This document shows positions 23,673 to 36,303 of a DNA stretch of 64,000 bases, one piece after another. Every line of letters begins with the position of its first letter. Within the stretch, counting starts at the first letter, position 1. This DNA comes from Tubiluchus corallicola (taxonomy: Eukaryota > Animalia > Priapulida), in contig JAQGDQ010000007.1 of assembly GCA_030141605.1 (NCBI GenBank), forward strand, positions 1,041,173-1,105,172, given 5' to 3'. The notes beneath the pieces were generated by a model. It saw only the letters and a list, made by a program, of their open reading frames with translations. It ran no database searches and was not told the origin of the DNA. A program made the translations under genes and the position numbers.

Positions 23673-26600
23673 TCCATACTTGTTAGGGAGATATTCATTT
23701 GTCATACTAATTCTGTTTATTTACATCATTGAGGGAGGACATGACACCTGCGATCTTTATGATAAGGACCTCAATGTACTGCTATATATTTTTAGCGTAT
23801 GACCTCAATGCAGTGCTGATGATTTTTCGGATGATGATCGGTGAGATTGGCACCCGCAGCCTTTTGGTTGAGTTCACCTATTAAAGTAGCATGCTGTGCA
23901 CGTTAGAATTTCAAACCTTACGGGATAAGTGGCTACTGAATTACGGTTAAGACCGGGGTTAGAGCAAGCGGTACTTCGTTAAAACTTGTTTTCATTTTGC
24001 TAAATTTTATGACAAATTTATGGTTGTAGAAGCAATGTGCTGAAGGAGTTAAGGGAGGAAAATGTTTAGAGGAATTGGCTTTTAAACAAGAATGGTAACG
24101 CATTATTTATTTATTTATTCATTTATTTATCAAATCATATTTATCAAAAAATACATACGGTATTATAACCCTTAGAAGCAGCCATGCTGGATGCAGCTGT
24201 TTTAAGAATGAATCTCGCACTAAAAGTATTATACGAGGGAACACAAAGCGCACATCTTTCAGCAAATTTGAACATTCATGATCTGCTATTTTAGAGGAAC
24301 TGGCGTCAAAAATGCTCCAAAGAAAGTTGTGTACGCGCAACGTATTTTAACATAATTGTGGATGACCATAAATAATTATATATTACAAATATCTAACACT
24401 TTTGCACGGAGATTTCGCTCCAGATTTGCCGAAAACAGAGTAGAAGTAGTAAGTAGTAAATTTATTGACTGGTGATAGTCCACTAAAAACAGTTACAAGT
24501 AATTTCAAAAATTGCAAGTTTGGTTGAGCTAATGCTACCCATCCACCAAAGATCAATGATGTGTGCACTCTCCACGTAGTGCCTTTTTTACTGTGAGAAG
24601 CTGCTAAGAATAAGATAAGGAATGTCCTTACTGAGATGAAGATATTTGCTGAAAATCGACTATATTTTGGAAGTGAGAAATTAACAGCCTCGAAATTTGA
24701 GCCAGTAGGCCAAAAAAACATAAAGATGGTTTGAATTTATCGCCATAGCAAATATTTTAAGGTATTTTATTCATTAAATATAATGGCTTCGTGAATGACG
24801 TTTTTAATTCAAGAACAGCTGCCGTAGAAACGATAATTCTGCAATTCTGAATTATTTCACGATTGTGCTACATGTATTAAATTAAATGTGACATTCAGAA
24901 ATATAAACGTATCTAGGCAATTTCATTTTATTAGTGATTAAGCTTATCCGTGAGGTGCACGTTAATATTTGTTAATGTTTTGAAAATTAAGTAAGCATTT
25001 AAAGCGCTGCTGGGAAATGATTTACTGTTGAAATGTTATAGGTCTTCGCATACAATGAACGAATAAAATATTGGAAAGGACAAGCCTTATCACTCAGTGG
25101 ACAATATTAGAAATGTCACATGATCTCTGACTTGCTTCCTCGACTACATGAATGTGGTGCACCCGATAACGCGTATCGATTAAGTGAACTTAGAATTTTG
25201 TATTAAAATTTGCAGATGTATATTGAACTGAATTCGACTTGGCTCGGGAGTCAGAGGGTCGAATTCCAGATGGTATGGCGGTCTTTATGACAATGATCCG
25301 CATTATGATGAACCAAAGGTTGGCTTAATTAGTAATGAATTGTTTACCATGTACCTTTTGTAACAAGTCATCTACCACACACAAAAGACACAAAATAAAA
25401 CACTAGATTAACACTGTGACAATTTTTATTGCCTGCACTAATAACAGAAAAAAAGAAGAAATACTCAAAAAACTAAGTAAGTTGAGTAACAGATCTCAGA
25501 TACTAGGTGCACCTGTGTCAGAAATCAAGGCTGTGGTGACCTCTACACGCTTTTATACGTCAGCTGGCTTTTCACGCCTCGTGTTGTCCAAACAAGACGT
25601 CTGGATCTATAAGGAAGGGGTGAGTCGCTACTGAGGTGGAAGCAGGACGTGCAGAAAGCCCTATGCCTGAACCGACACAGGTGTCTGCGTAACAATATTA
25701 TTATAGAAATATATAGACAGAAGTATAACTAATTCATAATGCGTAGGATCCGTCCACAATAAGCACTGCATAATATTTTGGAATGGGGTATGCGCTGAAA
25801 TGTTCTGGGAATGTGATTCTTGAGGCTCAAATGTTTTGGAATTGCGTTTTTCATTTTAAAGAATAGCTTATCAGATTCAACAGTAGGAGTAGGTGTAAGC
25901 TAAGCCTTTGTTTACTTCGAAAAAAACGATGTACCAGAATTATGTGTTATGTTCTGTTGGCCATTTTAATAAATCAGTTCGTAGTGTCATGTTTCAGCTA
26001 ACGTTAGTGGTCTAAGATATATAACGACCAGTATCCAGCACAAAGGAAACGGTATTGCGATCGTAATTAACAGTATAATTTTTGCGATAACTAAGAACGT
26101 ACTGCAAATGTGAACACTATAACAGGCTGTAGTAGAATAATCTAAAGCATTGTTGAATTAACCTGTTTACTGATTTTGCATAGTTGGCTCAATGTTACAG
26201 GAAATTAAACTTCTTTCCTAAGTGTTATGTTTACAAATTAACTTGTCAATTGTTCATGTATAGAAGTCTAAAACTCTAAGCCTTATCTCTGGATTGTAAT
26301 GGAGCCAATTGTTTTATCCAATTAAGTATTAACCAATTACTCTTTTATTAGCACCTTGCATATGCTTGTTTTCCCACTATTTGTGCACAGGTTTGGAGAT
26401 ACGTGAACCTATAACGTAAACTGCTAGTTTGATGAAAAATTAAGAATCATCAAATGTGTGTCATTAAGAAATCATTAAGAATCATGTGCTAGATTAAAAA
26501 TGTGGTTTGTTTACAGTTAGTAATGATGTACTATTTATGACGTACTAACTTGAAATGCGATCGTTTGTTCCAATTTGTAACCGTTGTTCATTATGCTGCA

Positions 26601-27577
26601 AGCGCAATAATCACCATTTGTCACAACGCTTTAATGCTCGTGTTTATCGTTTTATTTTACAGCTAGGAATGAAATGTAGATCTTACAACAACACTAAATT
26701 AAATTTACAATTTCATTCTAGCTACACTAAGGTAACAAAGGAGACTCTACCGTTGGTTTAAATAAGTATTTATTATAACAACATTTTGCACATATTGCAG
26801 TCCATGAAACCGCAGGCAAGCCTATTTACAGTTGTCCTGGCTGTTGATGAAGCATCAAAAACTTATAGTGAAATTACAGTAATAATATTTATTTCAGTCT
26901 GCAAGGTTTGTATAAATCTTTGGTAAACTACGTAAATTGAAATATATTAAGGTATTAATCCTGCACTACATCAACTTCTTAAAAAACTCAGATTTTTCGA
27001 GTAATGATGCAGAATGGCTGTACCTTAGACGAACCAGTAAAATAACAAAATAACCTTGAGTCCAATTGCTTTAGAAGTAAAAACTGTAAGCCGGTAGGCA
27101 CTGGATTGTTATGCTTTTACTATGCTGTGCTGTTTATCTGCTTATTTTCTGTTTGTTGTGTTATGTTTTATGTTTTGACTTTTTATGCTACTGTGTGATC
27201 TGCTTAACATCTGTTTTTTTATTGAGGGCTGATACGTTTTCAAGTTTTTGCTATGCATTTGCTCAATAAGCTCCAGTGATAACTGAGGAGCAGTGACTGA
27301 AACTTACTTTATAAGTTCTTTCGAATGACTATACATATAATTTAGTTTATTGTTAGCTTCGTATTCTGTGTTTTCATTTTGTGTAGTAAAATAGTCGCCA
27401 TTTTAAACTGCAATTTTAGTTACAGTTTAAAAAGCCAACAATTTTGTTACTTTGCCGTATGCAACCTTCAGTGGAGCAACCCGTAATCAGTAATGAGAAA
27501 GTGTATTAATTTCGATGAATAAGTTCTCAAAAATGGTTACAGGTTACTTCAAATCACTTCAAATGGCACATTAGGAA

Positions 27578-27730
27578 ATGTGACCAGACGGAACAGCCTA
27601 ATGTATAATGCGTCTGTTTTCCATCTGTGAAGTTCCAAGTACGATACCGGGTCATACCAACGATTTTTAAAAGTGGTGTATTCTTTTGCGTTGCCTGTCG
27701 TGTGGTATATAGGGTAAAAGTGGGGTAGTA
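27578..27730 (+). mobile_element. Degenerate tRNA-derived SINE
   Basis: A-box-like agcctaatgtataatgcg and B-box-like aagtacgataccggg are followed by gtcataccaacgatttttaaaagtggt, a core I recall from widespread metazoan SINEs. Confidence 0.55.
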
Positions 27731-30482
27731 ATAATCTTTGTTATGTAACTGCAGTTTATTTGCAGTAGGCAAAAAGCTTTTTAATTTACGTTAACTGTTT
27801 AACATGAAAGCCGACTTTAAATAGAGGTTATTATTGTTATTATCATAAATAAAATTTACTGCAAGTAAGAGCAATACCAGAAAAATACAGGTCAGATAGT
27901 AACTGCTAATAATGAGTACACATTGTCTGATGTCGCCGTTGTCGCCTATCCCATCATAACTCTATCCAGGGACCTCTATATTTGCTCCATTTAACGTATT
28001 TTGTTGTTGTTGTTTATGCCATTAATTTAGTCTTATCCACGTTGAGCATAGCTCATAAGTTAAATTCTTCTGCTGCGCTCATAGCGTTGTAATGCACTGT
28101 TTAATTGTAATTTTATAACTTTTATTTTTGTATTTCTGCTAAAAGGATGAATAATTAAATCTAAACCTAAATCTACATCCATCATCATTTAACTCACCTG
28201 TGATTCATGCTCGCATTTTCCACGTACCGTGCAACCTAAAAAAGTTACTAACAGCAGTGAAGTTTTAAACTGTAACCAAATGCCTTCGGTGCAGTGTCAT
28301 TTTTGGTATAGAATGACAGGCAAACGAAGTGATAAATTCACTCTGTAGACGAAACAGAGTTAGTGGATGCTTAAATTATTAGTAAAGTAAATATTTTCAC
28401 TGGCGTACTGGAGCGTGTGAACCTAACCTCATTTGCTGCTTAATAGAATGCTGCAAGAATAACAATGACTGCCAGTTTTACACAATTGGTTTAATGTAAG
28501 AAGAAACCGTCACTCTGGTAAAAAATTCCGCAATTTTCATGTACTAGTTGATGAGATGTGTGCGCAACTTCGCCGCCCGTCACAGCGCGTCACTTTTCGT
28601 CGCGCGAATGAGTTTATGTCATCTCCATCACAATCTTATATGTATAGCTTCAGCTTCGTGTAGAGGAAACCGCTGCATTGTAGGGATTCAGCGGCGAGTA
28701 ATGTAAACACATCCCCAAGCCATTGAGGGATGCCTGAACATCGCTCATTTAATACCGCATGTGAAAATCCCATTAAAATTTCATCAGTCACTGAGTACTC
28801 AATGCAAATTTAAACATACTCTGAGTGCAGCTTTGCGATCTGGGCGGATCCCTGAAAATTACAAGTGGACGTTCCTGTTTATTTTAAGTCGATGGCTTCT
28901 TAGCTGTATAAACAAACCCAAGAAAATGATGGTGTTCAAGTTCCCGTGCGTCAGTTCTCGAAAATAGTTAATTAGCATTTCGAGTTGCTAAATTAGTTTA
29001 ATATTGTAGACCTTGGTTGCTTACTTTAGTTAACACAATGGGATTTTTTATTTGGTGTCAGTGCTTAGTCACCCTAGAAAACAACCTTAGCAAAGGACTT
29101 AAATAGTGTAAAAGTTTCGAAAAAACGACTCACACGTAATGAGATTTTTATATATCTTTACCAAATGTATCTTTTTTCATATTGGAGCTAAAATAATTTG
29201 TGGTGCAAAGACAGTTGCCTTGGAAAATGTACCTAGTCACGACAACGATATACACTGGTGCTATACACCTGTAATGTTGAATTTTAATCTTTCTTTTCCA
29301 CGTATGGCCGGAAATCTTCGATTGCGAAACGAGTATGGACAATGAAAATGTTTATAGTGATTAGTAATTTTTATAGTGATTAATAAAAAATAATGGAAAT
29401 TACCAAACAATTTCGAAAATTTCGAAGTGTAAGCCCTCGCAGCGACTCTTTCTTGTTAAAATTGATTTACTACCTGATCAGTCATTGTCATTCAGAACAG
29501 CAACCTAGTACAGGACAATTACATGTCTTATTACTTACTTCATGATATATTGCTCATCCTTAGAGTACAGTAAAGTAATCAGTTATTTACATGTATAACA
29601 CTTACTCTTTACGTTCAAGCACACTTTCAGCGATGGGTTGTGGTTCGGCCTAGAAATTTAAATCAGCAACCTATATCTTGTCGTTGCTTGGTATCAACGT
29701 CAATTTTTGCTTTTCTTTGCAAGTTTACCTGATATATTATGGCCAGTAGATGAATGAAAGCCTGTTATTGAAAGCCTATTGCACACTTTCTCTCTTAGCC
29801 GTTATATAATTATAGGATTAAATGTGGTGCTTCTTTTCAGCTTTCCTTTCATATTACAAACACGGTAGTTGCACGTGCCAGACAGCCTTCTAAACATTTC
29901 AATCAGCAAGAGGAAAATATCTGCAAATGTGTGACATTGATATTGACAAGTTGATTGGAACACCTGTATCTTTGTTCTACTGTAAAGATTTGAACAGTTG
30001 GCTTCATCCTTGCTGTGCATGTGTGAGTGCGTGCAAATGTAAATGCTTCTTTGTGACCTGCAATGTCGGGCCAGCAATTTAAATGATAGAGTGGCGATCT
30101 GTGCAATGTTCTGGGTTAATGTCCCATTTGGTTTGGCCCACAATTTTTCATCTATCTATACAAGCTGTCCGAATATAGAAGGAAAGCAATTCAATAGTGT
30201 ATACGTGTGCAAAAGATTTATAAACTTTGGTTCAAAATCGACTGTTTTTCAAAACAATCTGCATGCAGACTCGAAAATTCATGGATGCATGGGCGGTACA
30301 AATGTGCAGAATACTCCAGATCCACCTGGCACAATATTTTAGTCAATGTTAATTATATGCATTTATAAGCAGATTTCACACCCATGCCCAAACGTTTTCC
30401 TTGCAAATGAACCAACGGCGAGATTAATTGAAAACAGCAAAAATGACTTGCAATTTCAATTAGTGATTTACAAAAACTGTAT

Positions 30483-30538
30483 AAAATACTGAACTGAGCA
30501 TAACTTATTCAAAATACTGAACTGAACATAACTTATTC
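30483..30538. repeat. 28-bp tandem duplication
   Basis: aaaatactgaactgagcataacttattc is followed by aaaatactgaactgaacataacttattc (1 mismatch). Confidence 0.85.
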
Positions 30539-32710
30539 ATTGAAATGGTGGATCTTCACCAGAACATACCTGCTTTTAGACTGCGCAGTCAGTACGTGGC
30601 ATTTGTTTGTAAGCGAGCAAAGCCGCATTCCGTGTCACGTGTAATTGATATGTATGCTTGGTGACAGCAGCTGTTTGTGCTTTCTGTTTTGTTTTGTATT
30701 CTCGTCACAGTTTGATCATGGAATTAGACGTAAACAGATTGGATTGTTTGCCAAAATGAACCACATGAAATGAATGAGTGTGACAGGTTTCACTTAAATT
30801 TGTTATAATTTAAAATTCCGATTCTGAGTATCAGGCTGCCAGTTCATATAAAATATGTGTAGAGAGGTCATATTTATATCCGAACGTGGTTAAGATACTT
30901 CAGTCTATGCGGTGTCTCATTTTTGAGCATTAGCTTTGCAGCTGATCCAGATTTCGGCACAACTACAACCGTTCACCTTAATTTGATCTTGCGATTAAGT
31001 GCTGGATTTAAGTTTGCTGTCAGTCGAAGTGTTTCAAAACATAGTATTTATGGGTAAAAAGTAAACACTTTTCTCGATGTGCCGTTCTTATGATACAAGC
31101 TACGCTACTAGAAGGAATTACATAGTTGTGATAGACGATGACTTACTATATCAGTGAACTGACAAGCAGAAATTATTAAGAGAAAACCAAACAATAGATA
31201 TATATTCCATTTTTGGGTGACAATAAATAAGAACCACATTGTTCCCCCAGCAAAAGAAATACTAATGTTTTCACTTCCAATAAATAGGATTATAGACACC
31301 GCTGGATGCGTATAATTGATTAAATGAGAATGGTGAAATACTGTCCAACCCGAAAATACAGAAAAAAAACCTCACAGAAACTTAGAGAAAAGCTTAAAAT
31401 ACCTAAAAAGGACAGTCACCACAACCAGTTTTCGATAATTAACAAAACTGGAAAAGTAAATCGAAAGATACTTTATTGTGTTAACCTGATGGTAACTTTG
31501 TGTGGTGTTTTTCCCTCTTTTCTAATTCACTTGTAGTCTGTTTGTTGAAAGTATGATAATAAATAATAGTTGACATAAGAGGTTTATTTTTTATCGATTA
31601 CTGCTGAAGAATCCATATTTTGTGGTTATTATTTACCGAGTGCACCCTTATCATCGGCGAAGAGTAAATCATAATCAATTGGATTTTCTTTCGATTTTTG
31701 GTTTTACTGACTGGCTTCTTTCGTCCCGCGAGTTCGTTAGGAAACCTCAAGAAGCGCGCCAGCTGCTATAAAGTGCAAGTCTTGGAAAATTTATAATCAA
31801 AGACTCGTCGAAAATGGAATTTGATTAAATTAGGGTTAACTAACCATTTGAAAGCGGGATAGAACCGGAAACATGCCATCTTCTACACTGGAATTAAAGT
31901 TAGTAAATGCACTATCACCAGTGGGATTCTTACATTTGAGGTATTATTAAGCAAGTATACTGTCTTCTTTCATCTTAGTGATTAAAACTAAAAGAGCATT
32001 CACATAGGATATTGGTCCTGTTACTGCTGAACTACAATAACAAAGTTTTGGCTTTCAGGGTGAGGATGATTAGTTGCATAACTCTACATCACGTCCGTCC
32101 GCACTACGTCCTTAATGCAAATCACAGAAAGACAAATGGAGTACAAGAAGAGAGAGAGAATTAATAAAAAAATAAATATCTTTTATTTTACATTATATTT
32201 ACATAACGCAAATTCCTCTAACTGTAGGGTAACCTAACAAAAATTAAATCACGACTGTGTAAAAACTATATAACCTATGTCAATATTAATCACATCCAAA
32301 ATTGTGAGGTAAGGTTTGTTAATCACAAGTGGTGTTTGACACAGAAATGTGTATTAAGAAAAATTATCGATGAAATGGTATTTCATGTAATTAGCTAGGA
32401 ATACAAGGTAGTATGCACAACAAGGCATGGTAATTTTCTGAACGACAGCTTTGAATAGTTATGCAATTAATTTAAATGTCAAATTATAGCTGATTACTTA
32501 CTAAACAAAGCGCGCAATTCTGACTATATTGCCAATACATTCCACATTACAGGTTATAAGGTTATGGTCAAGTTATCGTTAATAAACAAGTATGTTTTTG
32601 AGAACTCATTTACAATTTCAAAAAATATATTGCAGGCATTTATACCTCTGTCTATGAGCATGTGATTAATATTGTTTCCGATGATGAAATGAAACCATAT
32701 TTTGCATTTT

Positions 32711-32806
32711 CACTAGATACACCAACATTGCAGATGAACTTACACTAGATACACCAACATTGCAGATGAACTTACACTAGATACACCAACATTGCAGATG
32801 AACTTA
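32711..32806. repeat. Perfect 32-bp tandem repeat x3
   Basis: cactagatacaccaacattgcagatgaactta occurs at 32711, 32743 and 32775. Confidence 0.95.
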
Positions 32807-32903
32807 GGTTACACTACGTTTTAGTATGTGTGCAGGCTTGTGTTGAGTGGAGAGAAGAAGAGACCGAGAGAAAAACAGATGGGAGAAAAAAGATAGAGAT
32901 TAA

Positions 32904-33016
<113 letters not shown>

Positions 33017-35449
33017 CTATGGTAATGTAGCTTAGCTGAGTCTTATTTTGTTCAGTTTCTATCGGCACAAGAGTCAAGTCGTCTGGGTTTGTTATAGCCT
33101 CCTTGCATATGGCTTCTGCTCGTGCCCGCCCATTCTTCTAATGTGAAGCCACCTAGATGAGAGATGTTTAAAGACCCACAATTGGCGTACATTCACTACG
33201 TTCAATTGGAATGAAGACGAGCATGGCTAAATCATAATTATGGAAAAATAGAACTGGGTCAGTCGTGCCTAGCCTTATAACACTCTCCCCGATCTTACAA
33301 GTCGCCATGATTTCAAAAAAGACATTTCATTGTGGCTTCTTGCTCTGACAAGATTGAATTTGAATTCAACAAAAGTTTTTTCTTTTGTCTTTCCTTTAAA
33401 TTCTTACATACTGCGCAGAAACATATCTTTTAGCAGTATAAAACAATAGATTTTTAAAAAAAAAATTAATTACACATAAACAATTTTCAAAGTAAAATTC
33501 AAAGGATGATGCACTACATTATGTCGTGTTTTCATGTCAAGCGTCTAAACCGCAGATGGAACATGGGTACCAACAATGTCTCTCGGTGTGAACGTTGCAT
33601 GCTTATTCATGTAGTGGAGCAGTTGGCTAATCACTGTATTGATGGGACACTAGTCGTGTTTGTCGGTTTATCTTCATATAAAGGCACTGATTCTGAAGGG
33701 TTTGAAAGCCAACATCAAGTGCGAGTTATGTAGGGTAGAAGCAGATTTCATGTCAAGTACTGCGCTGCCAAGGCTTTAAGAAACCAATAACTATGAGAAA
33801 CCACTTGATTCGTGTATCCCAAGTTCGTTCTCTAGTTTGCCTGACTGCTACTAAGTTAGTTTCACTAATAGGTAATGAATAATAGTAATTGTGGCTGGTA
33901 GTACTGTTTTTTACTTTTGTGTTTTCCTGTGTTTTATTTTTTGTGCCTCTATGATGTTTTTTTAGGTGCAATCAATATAAAAACCCCAAAACAACTAGTT
34001 TTAGCAGTAACTTCTCTTTTTTTCATTCATCCACCTGATGATGATAAACAGCAGTGGCAGTAGGACACGTGATGCATTTTTGGTTGTTTTAATTAAAGTG
34101 ATTTTTTAGTAATTGCCACTATTGCCATTAAGAAAAAAATTTGCATTAGCTAGGTTGAATGTACGTGATTACAAAATAACACTTTTAAAGAAAACGTAAG
34201 CAGCGTAGAGTAGTAACTGTTGCCTGTTACTGTAACTGACTAGAACTGAAATAAATAAATGAAGTTGGAACAGCAGAGTTAACGGAAATTGTCCCGGCGG
34301 TTAGTACCTATTTACTCAACAATGACTAATAAAGCGATAATGTTGATTTGATGGTTTTAGTAATTAAGCGCAGTTAAAGAGCAATCTCTTCTGGAGCTAC
34401 TAAATGAGAAGTATACCCTTTAACATTTACAAATTTCAACGCTAGATGGCAGCACAAAGCAATCACGGGAGAAGATGCAAATACTTTACGCAAGTTGATC
34501 GGTTGCCAAGCATATTTTCCTTAGGACTTGGGATTTCTCTGGGTAAAACTTAGCATATTGGTTGTTTCCGGTTATGGTATTAATTTGCAAGAAAATTATT
34601 TATATAAATTGTGTTTTTTTGTTATCCGATCTTATTCAACGAAAAATGACGTTGTTGTTTACTATTTGAAGTTTGCAATTTCCTAAATTGTGTCTAACGT
34701 TTACTGTTTAGTAAACTAACAAAAATTCTTTTCTTCAGCATATTGCCTGTTAATTTTCGGAGGCTTCCAATTCGGCTGTTACGTTTCCTCTCGGCTCATT
34801 TGGTCTGTCATTTCCAATTGGCATACTCATACATATGAGTCATCTTGCTTGTTCAGTCTTCAGAATTGTCTATTCGTATTAATCAATTATTCGATGCTGG
34901 TGTCACCAAACTGTTTCTACAGAGACATTAGGACGATAGAGAATGCTCCACAGTGCATTGAGATACAATTAAGATGAGGCAGCGTCGAGTACAGGCGTTG
35001 ATAATTGGTTTTTCGTCAAGCACCGACAGCCACTTTATGCGATACATCTATGTTGTAACTGCGGCGGCACAATTGAAGGCGGGTGCGTCTCAAAACAAAA
35101 TAACCGAATCAGAGATAAGCTTAATAGTCAAAATTTCCCCTGCCAGGCCTATATTAATTAAGGTGCAAATTGTCAATAATCGTCAAGGAATAAGTTCTGT
35201 AGCAAATTTCAGAAAAAGTTTAGAAATAAATCTCAACTGAACCCCGCTATTCTTAAAGTTTCAAAAAAATAGGAATACGTCTGTTCTAGTTCTTACTATA
35301 ACAGTATTCTTACTAAAAAAATATGTCAGCTGTATCCGTAAAAGTATAACATTAAACTTTTTAACATGAAAATAATACAGATGTTTAAAAATTTCTTTAC
35401 TTTGGATTACTAAGCGTTAATGTTATTGTTCTTCCCGTTTCACTCACAC

Positions 35450-35950
35450 GAGCCTCTGTTCTAAGTTAGAGTACTTCAAAGTTCTCAAATCCTTTGATCT
35501 ACTGTTAAATTTATGTTCAGCTGCTACAGACTTTTGTTAATTGCTGATATCCAAGTTGTCTTTGGTTTGCCTGGAGATCGTTTAGCAGTGATCGTTTAAT
35601 GCTACTGTTTCTGGCAATCTCATTAAATATCCTCCTTCTTAGCTTTTTGGATTCAATTTTTGAGGTTTAAAGTACCTTTTTGGTTAAGTTGTAGAGCTGC
35701 TCATGTTATTTTGTTAGATTCTAGGACATTGGGTCCCAGCAGTTGGGCCCCATATCATACACGGTCATTTTATTTTAAAAACTTTTTATGTAAGCCTCCG
35801 TGAAATTGTATACATATTCTAGATCCATACATCAATTTCTTTTTCTTGTGTTGCGAATTCTAACACTACATTTCACTATTGTACATGAAGATACTGGTTT
35901 ACGTATCCATTAAAGAGCCGCAGCCTTATTTTGAGAGATATACCGCTTAA
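35450..35950 (-). mobile_element. Decayed RTE-type LINE 3' fragment, related to 14360-14905
   Basis: Minus-strand fragments ISLKIRLRLFNGYV, SIFMYNSE, GYLMRLPETVAL and PGKPKTTWISAINK parallel the copy at 14.4-14.9 kb. Confidence 0.7.
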
Positions 35951-36026
35951 ACAATTGATTTATTCTGGGTAAAAAACATGGCCTTCTGTTTTTTATTCTT
36001 AATAATATCATCTTCTGTACTGAGCA

Positions 36027-36027
<1 letters not shown>

Positions 36028-36109
<82 letters not shown>

Positions 36110-36110
36110 T

Positions 36111-36205
<95 letters not shown>

Positions 36206-36246
36206 ATAGTAGTAGTAGTAGTGCTAGTAGTTGTTGTTGTTGTTGC

Positions 36247-36302
<56 letters not shown>
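36028..36302. repeat. Compound trinucleotide microsatellite (TTA)n-(TAG)n-(TTG)n
   Basis: Direct read. Confidence 0.98.

Positions 36303-36303
<1 letters not shown>

Noticed and set aside
29802-30420. Cluster of Cys-rich short ORFs as an exon or transposase remnant
   Set aside because: There are stops in all frames, no convincing splice pair, and no motif I can name with confidence.
32711-32806. 32-bp repeats as a CRISPR array
   Set aside because: The units are head-to-tail with no spacers, the context is eukaryotic, and there are no cas genes.
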